A stretch of 61,046 nt of DNA, the filler included. It is 3 parts of 3 records of this genome, joined end to end, with 100 filler letters (N's around TTAATTAATTAA, not from the genome) between each part and the next. Parts side by side here need not be neighbours in the genome. Positions count along the whole stretch, not along the records: positions 1 to 31,628 come from DRR723986_9335; positions 31,729 to 50,073 come from DRR723986_9345; 1 more part is not named here. One strand, written 5' to 3'. Positions 30,633-40,153 of the stretch are shown piece after piece (positions within the stretch are counted from its first letter, which is position 1; each line of letters starts with the position of its first letter). The translations under genes were made by a program, and so were the position numbers. The notes beneath the pieces were generated by a model. The model was not told where the DNA came from. It worked only from the letters and a program-made list of their open reading frames with translations, and ran no database searches.

Positions 30633-31628
30633 ATGGATTCTACAGTAGCTAGTACTGGTACAGAAGGGAAAACTTGGAGCGGAGGTAATAAACCTTTAGT
30701 AGCAAGTTATGGTAAGTTGATGATGTGGTTCTTTATTGTATCTGATGCATTAACATTTTCAGGTTTCTTAGCGGCTTACGGCTTTTCGAGATTCAAGTTT
30801 ATAAAAGAGTGGCCAATTGCAGATGAGGTGTTTACTCACGTACCATTTTTACATGGTCAGGAGTTACCGATGATATACGTTGCGTTTATGACGTTTATTC
30901 TTATTATGTCTTCTGTAACTATGGTGTTAGCCGTAGATGCGGGTCATCATATGAATAAAGCTAAAGTAACATTGTATATGTTTCTTACCATTATTGGTGG
31001 TGCAATATTCGTAGGGTCTCAGGCGTGGGAATGGGCAACCTTTATCCAAGGAGATTATGGAGCTGTACAAACAAAAGGAGGTAACATATTGCAGTTTGGT
31101 GAGTACGTAACTGAAGATGGTAAAGAAAAATTCAAAAGAATTTCTATTGATGACTTTGCAATTCCAGTTGAAGATGTTCGTGTTGATCATGAACGTAAAA
31201 ATGGTCTTTGGTTTGTTGATGAAGGAACATTACCAGATTATACGGTAAATGAAATTTACAATGGTCTTGCTGCAAATGATAATATCTTGGTAAGAACCCA
31301 AATCATTAATGAGGAAGGCGAAAAGACTGTTCTTTCTAGAGAAGAGTCACTTCAACAAATAAAAGATAACGGAAAGTTAGTAGTAAAAGGAGCAAACCTT
31401 GTTGTTAACGAGTATGGTACATCTTTATTTGCTGACTTCTTTTTCTTTATAACTGGTTTTCACGGTTTTCACGTATTCTCTGGAGTTGTAATTAATATTA
31501 TTATTTTCTTCAATGTTATATTGGGAACTTACGAAAGAAGAGGAAGTTATGAAATGGTTGAGAAAGTGGGATTATACTGGCACTTTGTCGATTTAGTATG
31601 GGTATTTGTATTTACCTTCTTCTATCTG
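30633..31628 (+). CDS. Second cytochrome c oxidase subunit III family protein with soluble insertion; cut at the contig end near its C-terminus
   Basis: MWFFIVSDALTF, ITGFHGFHV, GLYWHFVDLVWVFVFTFFYL then N spacer. Confidence 0.88.
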
Positions 31629-31728
31629 NNNNNNNNNNNNNNNNNNNNNNNNNNNNNNNNNNNNNNNNNNNNTTAATTAATTAANNNNNNNNNNNNNNNN
31701 NNNNNNNNNNNNNNNNNNNNNNNNNNNN
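31629..31728. other. Artificial contig-joining spacer
   Basis: 44 N + TTAATTAATTAA (stops in all six frames) + 44 N; abrupt change of composition and taxonomy across it. Confidence 0.98.
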
Positions 31729-31911
31729 GTACGAAATCGCGTAGGAATTCCCCAAACCGTCGAAAACCATCCCCGCAGACCCCGTTTCCAGCCAGTCGTT
31801 TTGTACAAAATCAGGCCCAGAGTCCCCAAAACACCCGGGTCCCTACCCCGCGCGGGGCGCGCATCGACGCCCAAACCGCCGGTTAACACAGCGAACGCAG
31901 CCCCCAAACGC

Positions 31912-31939
31912 AAAACACCCGCCACAAACGGACGGGTGT
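31912..31939 (-). terminator. Intrinsic terminator downstream of the DUF2478 gene
   Basis: Minus strand ACACCCGTCC-gtttgt-GGCGGGTGT-TTTG. Confidence 0.6.
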
Positions 31940-31961
31940 CAGATCACAGTTTCAGACCGGT

Positions 31962-32483
31962 TCAGGCGGCTTCTGATCCCTCGGGGGCCACCCGATCCAG
32001 CCACGCCTCAATCGCGTCCAGATCCGCCTCCATCTTCTCAGCCGCGCCTTCGGTGAAATCCAAAAACTTCTGTTCATTCAAGCCGTTAACACCCACCAGC
32101 ACAGGAATACCCCGCATCAGTGCATCGCCAATCACCGGCCGAAACCCGCGCCCATCCGCCTCGTGTTTGCCGAACTTGTTGATGATCAGCAACCGCGGCG
32201 TCTTTTCCAACGATTCCAGCACCAAAGCGACCGAGGTTTCCAGCGCCGCCGGATCCAACCGGCACCCCCGCGACCCCGCGCCAAGTGATTGAGAAATACG
32301 GATTTTTTCGCCATTCGCCAAGACGCGCAAGTCCATATCACACTTGGCATCATCGGCGCATTCCGTGTTGGTCTGCACCACCCCCGCAAGGGTCACGCCC
32401 TTGGATTCAAGCCGCTCCGCAATCGCGCTGAGCAACCGATCCGTCCCCCCGCGCGCTTCTGTCGTTACATAAGCCAAATGCAT
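31962..32483 (-). CDS. DUF2478 domain protein (NTPase-like fold)
   Basis: GVVQ, CDM, ISQSLGAGSRGCRLDP, INKFGKHEADGRG; start at ATG 32483 behind an AAAGGA SD-like sequence. Confidence 0.85.
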   Translation of the reverse strand: MHLAYVTTEARGGTDRLLSAIAERLESKGVTLAGVVQTNTECADDAKCDMDLRVLANGEKIRISQSLGAGSRGCRLDPAALETSVALVLESLEKTPRLLIINKFGKHEADGRGFRPVIGDALMRGIPVLVGVNGLNEQKFLDFTEGAAEKMEADLDAIEAWLDRVAPEGSEAA

Positions 32484-32553
32484 CTCAACGCATCCTTTCA
32501 TCCATCGTTAGACATGCACATAGCATGTCCTGTTCTCTGCGACCACCAAAGGG

Positions 32554-33219
32554 TCAAAATGGCAACGGGGAAACCCCGATCACCCACACGTGGCCCCATA
32601 AAAATAAGGCATAAAGCCCAAACCCACCACACCAAGCCACCAGCGGCACATGCCCGATCCCGCGCAGCGAAAACCGCGCCGTGGTGCGGCTCATCTCAGG
32701 CCAATCCGCCCCCATCTCACGCGCCTTGCGCCGGTCAATCAACACCATACCCAACTCAGCAAACAGCGCAAACAAGCCAAACAGAATGACATGCGCCAGA
32801 TCCCCATTCGCCAACACATGCACCACAGACCACCCCATCAGCGCCACCAGCAGCGGATGGCGGCTGATCGCAAGAATACCCGGCCGATCTGCGTTATACA
32901 CGTTTCGCCCTAACCCCCCGAAAGAAAACGGATTCTTGATGGTCATCCCGCCAAAGATCAAAACGCACACCAAAGGCATCACCAGCAACGGAACCCAGCG
33001 CAAAACATCCAGCGGCGGGATCACTTCAACATAAGGCGCACGCGCCGCCGCCACGATCAGCCAGACCAGAATCCCTGTGGAAACAAGGCTATACGTCGCG
33101 AAATACCCACCCCGCCCAAGTCGCGCGATCAACCATGGTCGCACAGGCGGACGCACCGGGATCACGTGGCTGAGCAGAAACACCAACAGCGCAAATAGAA
33201 ATTCAGTCCATTCGGTCAT
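32554..33219 (-). CDS. NnrU family membrane protein
   Basis: FLLSH, GILAISRHPLL...WSVVHVLANGD...LFG, IDRRK, W...RTT. Confidence 0.85.
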   Translation of the reverse strand: MTEWTEFLFALLVFLLSHVIPVRPPVRPWLIARLGRGGYFATYSLVSTGILVWLIVAAARAPYVEVIPPLDVLRWVPLLVMPLVCVLIFGGMTIKNPFSFGGLGRNVYNADRPGILAISRHPLLVALMGWSVVHVLANGDLAHVILFGLFALFAELGMVLIDRRKAREMGADWPEMSRTTARFSLRGIGHVPLVAWCGGFGLYALFLWGHVWVIGVSPLPF

Positions 33220-33365
33220 AAAGGGTCCTTTTGTTTGACCTCACATGACACAAGCGATCAGAGCTGAACATGTTCCAGATCAAAAAAGTCAGGATAAGTA
33301 CATTTACCCAAAAGAAAAGGGCGCAGCCAACAGCCGCGCCCCATTCATCCAATATTTCCAAGGAC

Positions 33366-35429
33366 CTACAGACCCAAAGCTTTGCGTCGCTCTTCGGCAA
33401 AGCCCTGCACCATTCGGTCGGCAATCAAAGCAAGAATAGCCATCGCAGCCCCAGCAGAGATTCCCAACCCGATGTCAGCCTGACCAAGTGCCAGATAGAT
33501 CGATTGACCCAACCCAGTGGTCCCAATCAACGCGGCAATCACCAACATAGCAAAGGCATAGAGGATGGTTTGGTTCAAGCCCAGCAAGATGGTTGGCGCT
33601 GCATACGGACCACGAATGTCCCGCATGATCTGCCACTCAGTCGCCCCACTGGCAATCGCGGCCTCCATCATCTCGTCCGGTGTGTTAACCAATCCGTGAC
33701 GCGTGTACCGGATCATCGGAACCACAGCATAGGCACAGATCGCCAAGAACGCCGAGAACTCACCGATTTGGAACACCATCAACACCGGGATCAGGAAAAC
33801 AAACAGCGGAATCGTCTGCAACATATCGCAGATTGGCCGCACGATCTTCCAGGCCAACGGGCTGACTGCGCTCAGCAAACCAACGCCCCCGCCGACGATG
33901 GCACAAGAAAATACCGCCGCACCACTGAGATACAGCGACAGCAACGCCCGATCCCACAGGCCCGACACAAGGATTGTCGACAACAGCCCGACGGACAGCA
34001 TCGCCAAACGCGGCCCACCCGCGACCCAGCCTAAGGCGGCCGCCCCGGTCAGAACAAACGGCCAATGCAAATTGGCAATTCCGGTTTCAAGCATCCCGAC
34101 CGCAATCAAGAACGCCAGACCGCCAGTCAGATTACCTCGCCACGCCATCAGCGCGCCGACCGCGGCCCCAAACAGGAACAACCCCTGGCTCATGCCCGCA
34201 GTCCACGAAAAGCCCCACGTAAACGGCAACACGGCCTGATCCAAACCAATGCGCAGCGGCAGCAAAACATAGAACATTGAGTTGTTCTTGAGCGCGTCCA
34301 GCCACACACCGTTTGCACGCGTGAAATCTGTCAGGCTTTGATCCACTGCGCCCGCGACCGGATCCAACAGCGTCAGATCAGATGCGTTGGGCATCGAAGA
34401 CCAAAAGGCCACGGTGAACAAAACCGCAAACCCGACCAATGCCCAAAACACTCGCCGGTCATAGCGTTTACGTTCCGTCGCCAAGGCTCCGCTCATCCGA
34501 TCAATGATCACGGCAAAGACCACAATGACCATCCCTGCCAACAGCGCCTCTCCGAATTGCGCCTTGCGCATGGTCAACAGCACTTCCCAACCGATGTCGT
34601 TAAAACCACCGATCACAGCCGCGATGATCACCATAGACAGCGCGGCCATCAAGCACTGGTTCACCCCAACCATGATTTGGGTCGTGGCAGAAGGGATCTC
34701 GACCTGAAACAGCTGCTGCATCCGGGTGCCACCGGCCATGATCGCGGCCTCTTTCACTTCGGATTCAACACGTTCTAGGCCCAACATCACATTGCGAGCC
34801 ATAGGCGGTGCGGCATAGATCGCCGAGGCAATCAGGCCCACCACAGGGCCAAACCCGAACAACAACAACAGCGGTGTAAGGTAGGCAAAGGTCGGAACAG
34901 TCTGCATGATATCCAGCAACGCCTGTAGAGCATTCTTCACGCGCGGGACTTCGTTGGCCAGAATGCCAATCGCGCCGCCCATCGCCAGCGCCAGCGGGAC
35001 AGATACCGCCACAAGCGCCAGCGTGTTCATGCTTTCGGACCAATAGCCCGAGGCCAAAACAAAGCTGAGGCCCAGAAACCCGAGCGCGGCCATCGACAGG
35101 CCCCCAAGGTACCACCCCAACGCGGTCACCAACCCAATGACCAGCGGCCAAGGGGTGCCGTTCAAGACGAAATTGGCCCATTCCATCGGATACCGCATCA
35201 CGTCCGAGAACATCCGCGCAACCGGCTTTATGCCTTCCAAGACCCACGTCAGGCTGCTGCCAACCCAATCTGTCGTGGGCAGAACCCAGCCTTTGGGCCA
35301 TGCCACCAGCCACGGCGCATAGGGTTCCAATATCAAGCAAATCGCCCCGACCACCAGTGTGATCAAGGCGGCTTTGGCACCAACCGTCAGAGAGACAAAG
35401 CCAGAGGACACATCCGCAGGCGCGCTCAT
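33366..35429 (-). CDS. ProW/OpuAB-type ABC permease with two fused permease modules
   Basis: Two copies of D.MQT.P.F..L.P and two EAA motifs (EVKEAAIMAGGT, EMMEAAIASGAT). Confidence 0.9.
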   Translation of the reverse strand: MSAPADVSSGFVSLTVGAKAALITLVVGAICLILEPYAPWLVAWPKGWVLPTTDWVGSSLTWVLEGIKPVARMFSDVMRYPMEWANFVLNGTPWPLVIGLVTALGWYLGGLSMAALGFLGLSFVLASGYWSESMNTLALVAVSVPLALAMGGAIGILANEVPRVKNALQALLDIMQTVPTFAYLTPLLLLFGFGPVVGLIASAIYAAPPMARNVMLGLERVESEVKEAAIMAGGTRMQQLFQVEIPSATTQIMVGVNQCLMAALSMVIIAAVIGGFNDIGWEVLLTMRKAQFGEALLAGMVIVVFAVIIDRMSGALATERKRYDRRVFWALVGFAVLFTVAFWSSMPNASDLTLLDPVAGAVDQSLTDFTRANGVWLDALKNNSMFYVLLPLRIGLDQAVLPFTWGFSWTAGMSQGLFLFGAAVGALMAWRGNLTGGLAFLIAVGMLETGIANLHWPFVLTGAAALGWVAGGPRLAMLSVGLLSTILVSGLWDRALLSLYLSGAAVFSCAIVGGGVGLLSAVSPLAWKIVRPICDMLQTIPLFVFLIPVLMVFQIGEFSAFLAICAYAVVPMIRYTRHGLVNTPDEMMEAAIASGATEWQIMRDIRGPYAAPTILLGLNQTILYAFAMLVIAALIGTTGLGQSIYLALGQADIGLGISAGAAMAILALIADRMVQGFAEERRKALGL

Positions 35430-36478
35430 GCCTCTTCCACCTGCAAGGCCGCCGCCAGGTCGGCTGGGTTCACCATCCCCACCAAGTGACCGGCTTTGTC
35501 GTGGACCGGAACCGGTTCATACAGCTCCATACAGCGGGCCAGGGCCGCATCCAACGTCATATCTGTGCGCAGCCCCGGGTCATCCGGGCCAACACCTTCG
35601 GTGCCAGCTTGCATCACGGATGACACATGTGCGTGCTGACCTTTGGCGACATCTTTGGAAAACTCGCGGACATAGTCATCGACCGGGTTCAACACGATGT
35701 CTGTCGGGGTTCCGATCTGTACAATCTTGCCGTCCCGCATGATCGCAATGCGATCCGCCAGCTTCAGCGCCTCATTGATGTCATGGGTGATGAAAACAAT
35801 CGTCGTCTTCAGCTTTTCCTGAATTTGCAGGAATTCGTCCTGCAACTGTCGCCGGATCAACGGATCAAGCGCCGAAAACGGTTCGTCCAGAAACCAAACC
35901 TGACAATCCGCAACCAAGGACCGGGCAATGCCCACCCTTTGACGTTGACCACCAGACAGCTCACGCGGGTAATGTTTCTCACGGCCCTTAAGACCAACAA
36001 GTTCAATCACTTCAGTGGCTTTTTTCAACCGCGCCTTGCGGGAAACGCCCTGCACGCGCAGCGGATAGGCCACGTTGTCCAGAACAGTCATATGCGGGAA
36101 CAGGCCAAAATGCTGGAACACCATACCCAGCTTTTTGCGGCGCAATTCGATCAGGCGCTGCTTGCTGGCTTCCATGATGTTTTCGCCATGAATATCGATC
36201 CCGCCTCCGGTGCCATCCAACAACTGTGAGATACAGCGGATCAGGGTCGACTTGCCCGAGCCTGACAGGCCCATGATGACAAAAAGCTCGCCTTCTTTGA
36301 CTTCGAAATTGGCGTCTTGCACGGCGGGGATGAACCCCTTTTCGCGCAGATCCTTGGCGGCAGCGTCAGCATCCCCCCCTGACCGAGCAAGCGCGTCGGT
36401 CAGGGCTTTGTCTGCGCCGTTGCCAAACACCTGCCAGAGATTCTGGCAGGCGATGGCTGGCGGTGTTACGTCAGTCAC
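35426..36478 (-). CDS. ProV/OpuAA-type ABC ATP-binding protein
   Basis: IMGLSGSGKST, LSGGQRQRVG, DEPFSALDPLIR; probable GTG start at 36478 (the longer ORF overlaps the SBP gene). Confidence 0.9.
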   Translation of the reverse strand: MTDVTPPAIACQNLWQVFGNGADKALTDALARSGGDADAAAKDLREKGFIPAVQDANFEVKEGELFVIMGLSGSGKSTLIRCISQLLDGTGGGIDIHGENIMEASKQRLIELRRKKLGMVFQHFGLFPHMTVLDNVAYPLRVQGVSRKARLKKATEVIELVGLKGREKHYPRELSGGQRQRVGIARSLVADCQVWFLDEPFSALDPLIRRQLQDEFLQIQEKLKTTIVFITHDINEALKLADRIAIMRDGKIVQIGTPTDIVLNPVDDYVREFSKDVAKGQHAHVSSVMQAGTEGVGPDDPGLRTDMTLDAALARCMELYEPVPVHDKAGHLVGMVNPADLAAALQVEEA

Positions 36479-36488
36479 GTGTCGTGGC

Positions 36489-37439
36489 TCACTTGGTCGC
36501 TGCGTCGACAACCGGACGCCAGCTGCCTTCGTTGTCTGCCATCCATTTGGCCACAACGTCTTCAACTGAACCACCATCCACGTCAATTTCGCCCATCATG
36601 GGCTGCTGTGCCTCGACGCTCAGCGCATAGTTGGACAGGATTTCATAGGCCGCTGGCCATTTGTCCTGCATCCCAACCCAACCGGCTTTGAAAATCCGTG
36701 TTGGTGAGAAATCACAGTCATTGATCGCATTCGGGTTTGGACCCCATGCTGGGTCGTTAAAACACGCTTCTTCGCCAGCAGGCAGGTCCACGAATTTTAC
36801 GTCATACGCCGACATCGCCCAGTGGGGCTGCCAGAATGTGATCAACAGCGGCGATTTGCGATCGGTTGAGGCGCGCAATTCTGCAATCAACGCCCCTTCG
36901 GATCCCGCTGGAACCGCTTTGAAGGGCAGTTCAAGACCGGTCATACGATCGGCACCGGGTGTGCCCCAATCTGCAGGGTAATCCACCAAACGACCATTCG
37001 GAATGGTTTCGGCAGTGGCAAAGTTCTGGGCGCAGCCTTTCAACGCTTCCCAAGCAGGCAGACCCGGGCACAACTCGGCCACGTGTGCGGGGTAAGCGAT
37101 GCCTTCTTTGGCATCCAGACCCAGATCTCCGATCTCAACCACGTTGCCTTCGGCGATTTTCTTAGCGTATTCATCCGAGACGTTGGACGACCAGATTTCC
37201 AATGTCGCGTGGATATCACCATCAGCAATCGCCTGGAACTGGTTCATCATTCCGGCAGTCGCGTATTCCACCTTGTAGCCAGCGGCCTTGAGCATCTCAC
37301 CGGCAACATGTGTGGTGATATGTTGGCCTGTCCATTCGTTGATCGCGAGCTTGATGGGTTCATCCACCGCGCCCATATCTGCGGCATGAACGGATCCCGC
37401 CAGTGCAGTCAATGCGATTCCAAGGCTGAGTTTTTGCAT
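36489..37439 (-). CDS. Quaternary-amine ABC transporter substrate-binding protein, TmoX-like
   Basis: Signal peptide; CPGLPAWEALKGCA..FATAET, DPAWGPNPNAINDCD, GMQDKWPAAY resemble the TmoX/BCP-type family; operon with proV/proW homologues. Confidence 0.85.
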   Translation of the reverse strand: MQKLSLGIALTALAGSVHAADMGAVDEPIKLAINEWTGQHITTHVAGEMLKAAGYKVEYATAGMMNQFQAIADGDIHATLEIWSSNVSDEYAKKIAEGNVVEIGDLGLDAKEGIAYPAHVAELCPGLPAWEALKGCAQNFATAETIPNGRLVDYPADWGTPGADRMTGLELPFKAVPAGSEGALIAELRASTDRKSPLLITFWQPHWAMSAYDVKFVDLPAGEEACFNDPAWGPNPNAINDCDFSPTRIFKAGWVGMQDKWPAAYEILSNYALSVEAQQPMMGEIDVDGGSVEDVVAKWMADNEGSWRPVVDAATK

Positions 37440-37512
37440 TCTTAGGTACTCCCAGTTTTATATCTTTACGCCAACTTACCCCCCTTCCGGAGGGAGTGTC
37501 ACGCGCTTACCC

Positions 37513-37555
37513 GTTTTCAGGTTGTTGATTGACCAGTCAATTACAGCCTGAAAAC
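37513..37555. promoter_or_regulatory. BetI-type operator ATTGA-N4-TCAAT (37528-37541) in a 43-bp imperfect palindrome
   Basis: GTTTTCAGG...ATTGACCAGTCAAT...CCTGAAAAC about 90 bp upstream of the SBP start. Confidence 0.65.
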
Positions 37556-37680
37556 CACCTGTTTGTCGAGTTTTTTCATACCCACCCCGCCGGTTTTCTA
37601 AAGTTTGCAAGGCCAGCAACGACTTGGCAGGGCAAAAAAACCCGAATAAGATCAATCTAAAGAAGCGGAGAAACCTGATC

Positions 37681-38265
37681 ATGACGCTTAGAATATTACG
37701 TTGCGGCCTTTTGGCGATTGCGACTGGCCTCTTCGGAACGGCGACCCTCGCCTCCCCCATTGATTGGAAAACCGTGCGCGGGTGGGACATTTCGTTTTAT
37801 CCTGCATCCGATGGCTGCCAAGCTTTTGCCCTGTTCGAAGAAGACACCGCCTTCTTCATTGGCTTTGACAACTCCGATGACGACTTGCTGCTCGACGTTA
37901 CCCTTTTGGACAAAAAGTGGGCGTCAATCGAAAAGGGTACTGAGTATGACATCGCGGTAAAATTTGGCAACGAAAGCCCGTGGTCCCTCGAAATGGATGG
38001 ATTGCGAACCGATGACTTTCCCGGCCTCAACATCATGATCGACGCCCAATCCGACGAGGCAAAGCTGTTCATCCGCGAGTTTCAGGGCGAAAGCTCTATG
38101 ACGTGGTCCTATGCAGATACCACGCTGGGCCGATACACCCTCAAGGGATCGCGGGCTGCCTTTGACGAAGTTATGAATTGCCAGCGATCCTATTTGGCAG
38201 CGCGAAACTCTCAGAGCGACCCTTTTGCGAAATCAAACAAAAAGGCGGATCCATTCGCTGACTAA
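37681..38265 (+). CDS. Secreted hypothetical protein
   Basis: GGAG SD, signal peptide, W..V.GW.I...GC and Y.LKGSRAA..V..CQ pattern; divergent from the transporter. Confidence 0.75.
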   Translation: MTLRILRCGLLAIATGLFGTATLASPIDWKTVRGWDISFYPASDGCQAFALFEEDTAFFIGFDNSDDDLLLDVTLLDKKWASIEKGTEYDIAVKFGNESPWSLEMDGLRTDDFPGLNIMIDAQSDEAKLFIREFQGESSMTWSYADTTLGRYTLKGSRAAFDEVMNCQRSYLAARNSQSDPFAKSNKKADPFAD

Positions 38266-38337
38266 GTGCACGTGGCCTCAAACGTCTAAGCCCCCCAGTT
38301 TCAAAGGATCCCCCGCTTTGCTTTTCAAAACCTCATC

Positions 38338-38742
38338 ATGACCCCAGACGCAGCGCAGAATATTCTAAAGGCTCACTTCGCCGAATGGGTGCAAGCCTTG
38401 GATTTGACAGTACTGGAAACGCAAACCGATCACGTGCTGATCCGTATGCCACTGAGCGATCACCTCAAGCGCATGGGAGGCATTGTTTCGGGGCAGGCCC
38501 TGGCCGCTTTGGCTGACACCACCATGGTTTTGTCGGCAGTGGCCCACAGCGGTGAATTCAAACCCTATGCCACGACAGATCTGCACACCCAATTCATGCG
38601 ACCCGGCGTCGGGACCGCAATCCTCTGCCGCGCCCAAGTCGTGCGCGCAGGTCGAGCCTTGGTCTTTGCACGTGCAGATATGACCGAAGAAGACAGCGGT
38701 AAAATCGTTGCAACGGCAACCGCAACGTTCTTTGCGCCGTGA
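38338..38742 (+). CDS. PaaI family thioesterase (hotdog fold)
   Basis: GGIVSGQALAALADT, TTDLHTQFMRP, GKIVATATATF. Confidence 0.88.
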   Translation: MTPDAAQNILKAHFAEWVQALDLTVLETQTDHVLIRMPLSDHLKRMGGIVSGQALAALADTTMVLSAVAHSGEFKPYATTDLHTQFMRPGVGTAILCRAQVVRAGRALVFARADMTEEDSGKIVATATATFFAP

Positions 38743-38799
38743 TCCAACACTAACTCTGTTGGGTCGCTTGCGCTGAATTCACTTCAGGGGGGACACCCA

Positions 38800-39462
38800 A
38801 TGCGCCATTTTGATGATATTCTGGCCATTGCCGCAGAACGCCATGGCGGGCATGCGGCGCTTGAGGCAAAATTGTCCAAGCCCCTATCAAAAAAAGATCT
38901 GTTGGCTATCCCAGACGATCGCTGGCTATCCACCTTGACCAAATGCATCTTTCAGGCAGGGTTCAATTGGAAAGTCATCGAGGCAAAATGGGACGGGTTT
39001 GAAACGGCCTTTGACCAGTTTGATGTGGGGCGATGCGCCTTTATGGATGACGAAAAATTTGACGCGCTTTTGCAAGACACGCGCATTGTCCGGAATGGCA
39101 CCAAAATCGCCACGGTCCGGGAAAATGCAGCACTGTTGTTGGAACTGCGCCAAGCAGATGGCATTGCGCAAACTCTGGGGGGATGGCCGTCGGACGACTA
39201 TATTGGCCTGCTTGAGATGTTGAAAAAGCGCGGTTCCCGTCTTGGCGGCACAACCGCGCAATATGCGATGCGGTTCAGTGGTCGGGACAGTTTTATTCTA
39301 TCACGCGATGTTGTCGCCCGCCTAGTTGCAGAGAACGTCATAGACAAGCAACCAGGGTCAAAAAAATCCATGGTGCAGGTGCAAACCGCCTTTAACACAT
39401 GGATGGAGCAATCAAACAGATCTCTCACGGAAATCAGCCGTGTTCTGGCACTGTCGGTCTAG
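38800..39462 (+). CDS. DNA-3-methyladenine glycosylase I-like protein
   Basis: FQAGFNWKVIEAKWDGFETAF, DTRIVRNGTKI. Confidence 0.82.
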   Translation: MRHFDDILAIAAERHGGHAALEAKLSKPLSKKDLLAIPDDRWLSTLTKCIFQAGFNWKVIEAKWDGFETAFDQFDVGRCAFMDDEKFDALLQDTRIVRNGTKIATVRENAALLLELRQADGIAQTLGGWPSDDYIGLLEMLKKRGSRLGGTTAQYAMRFSGRDSFILSRDVVARLVAENVIDKQPGSKKSMVQVQTAFNTWMEQSNRSLTEISRVLALSV

Positions 39463-39472
39463 GATTCCCTGT

Positions 39473-40153
39473 ATGAGTTTACGTCTTCTTTTGCTGTTAG
39501 TGTCTTTGGCTGCTTGCGGACGCCCGCTGACAGACACCGAGGCCGATTTTGCACAGATCATCCATGGCGACCAGTTGGATCTGAAACGTACCCGTCTGGT
39601 CAAAGGCGCCCCAGTCGGAAGCGTCACGTTCAAACGCAAAGCGCGTCCTCGTGTGACCTGCCGCGAACGGTTACTCCCTGCCGCAAAAGAAGAGATCGTC
39701 ACCGCCTCACCCGCCGCGGTTGCCCTGTTCAATCGTGTGTTTTTCACCAAAGACTGGTACACAGATAACTACCTGCCAGAATACCCTGATCGCCTGCATT
39801 TGATCGCCGCCATGCTGCTGTCGCATGAGCTGACCCATGTGTGGCAATGGCAAAACCGGGACCGGACCGGCTATCATCCTTTGCGCGCCGCCGCCGAACA
39901 CAGTAAAGACGACGATCCCTATCTGTTTGATTTGGCTGAGGCGCCCAACTTTCTGGACTATGGGTTTGAACAACAAGGCGCCATTGTCGAAGAATATGTC
40001 TGTTGCCGCGCCCTTGCGCCCACGGCCCCCCGCACTCAGCGCCTGCACGCGATGTTGAAACAAGACTTGCCGGTACGGGATCTGCCTCAATCGCGCGAGA
40101 GCGACGTCCTCCTACCCTGGAAAGACGCCGAACTGGACGGGATTTGCGCTTAG
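39473..40153 (+). CDS. Lipoprotein with HExxH zinc-metallopeptidase-like motif
   Basis: Lipobox LAAC then GRPLT..E; LSHELTHVWQWQ; YGFEQQG as candidate third ligand. Confidence 0.75.
   Translation: MSLRLLLLLVSLAACGRPLTDTEADFAQIIHGDQLDLKRTRLVKGAPVGSVTFKRKARPRVTCRERLLPAAKEEIVTASPAAVALFNRVFFTKDWYTDNYLPEYPDRLHLIAAMLLSHELTHVWQWQNRDRTGYHPLRAAAEHSKDDDPYLFDLAEAPNFLDYGFEQQGAIVEEYVCCRALAPTAPRTQRLHAMLKQDLPVRDLPQSRESDVLLPWKDAELDGICA

Noticed and set aside
31673..31684. TTAATTAATTAA palindrome (also 50118-50129) as a biological site
   Set aside because: Centred in identical N padding; a standard six-frame-stop linker.
31628..31730. GC jump as a genomic island or horizontal transfer boundary
   Set aside because: Coincides with the artificial spacer; both sides carry core genes of different phyla.
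31677..32292. ORFs 31677-31925(-) and 31801-32292(+)
   Set aside because: One runs into the spacer; the other is antisense to DUF2478 with no protein-like features.
33234..33251. FNR/NnrR box upstream of the NnrU-family gene
   Set aside because: Only one half-site (TTGAC); the second half does not match.
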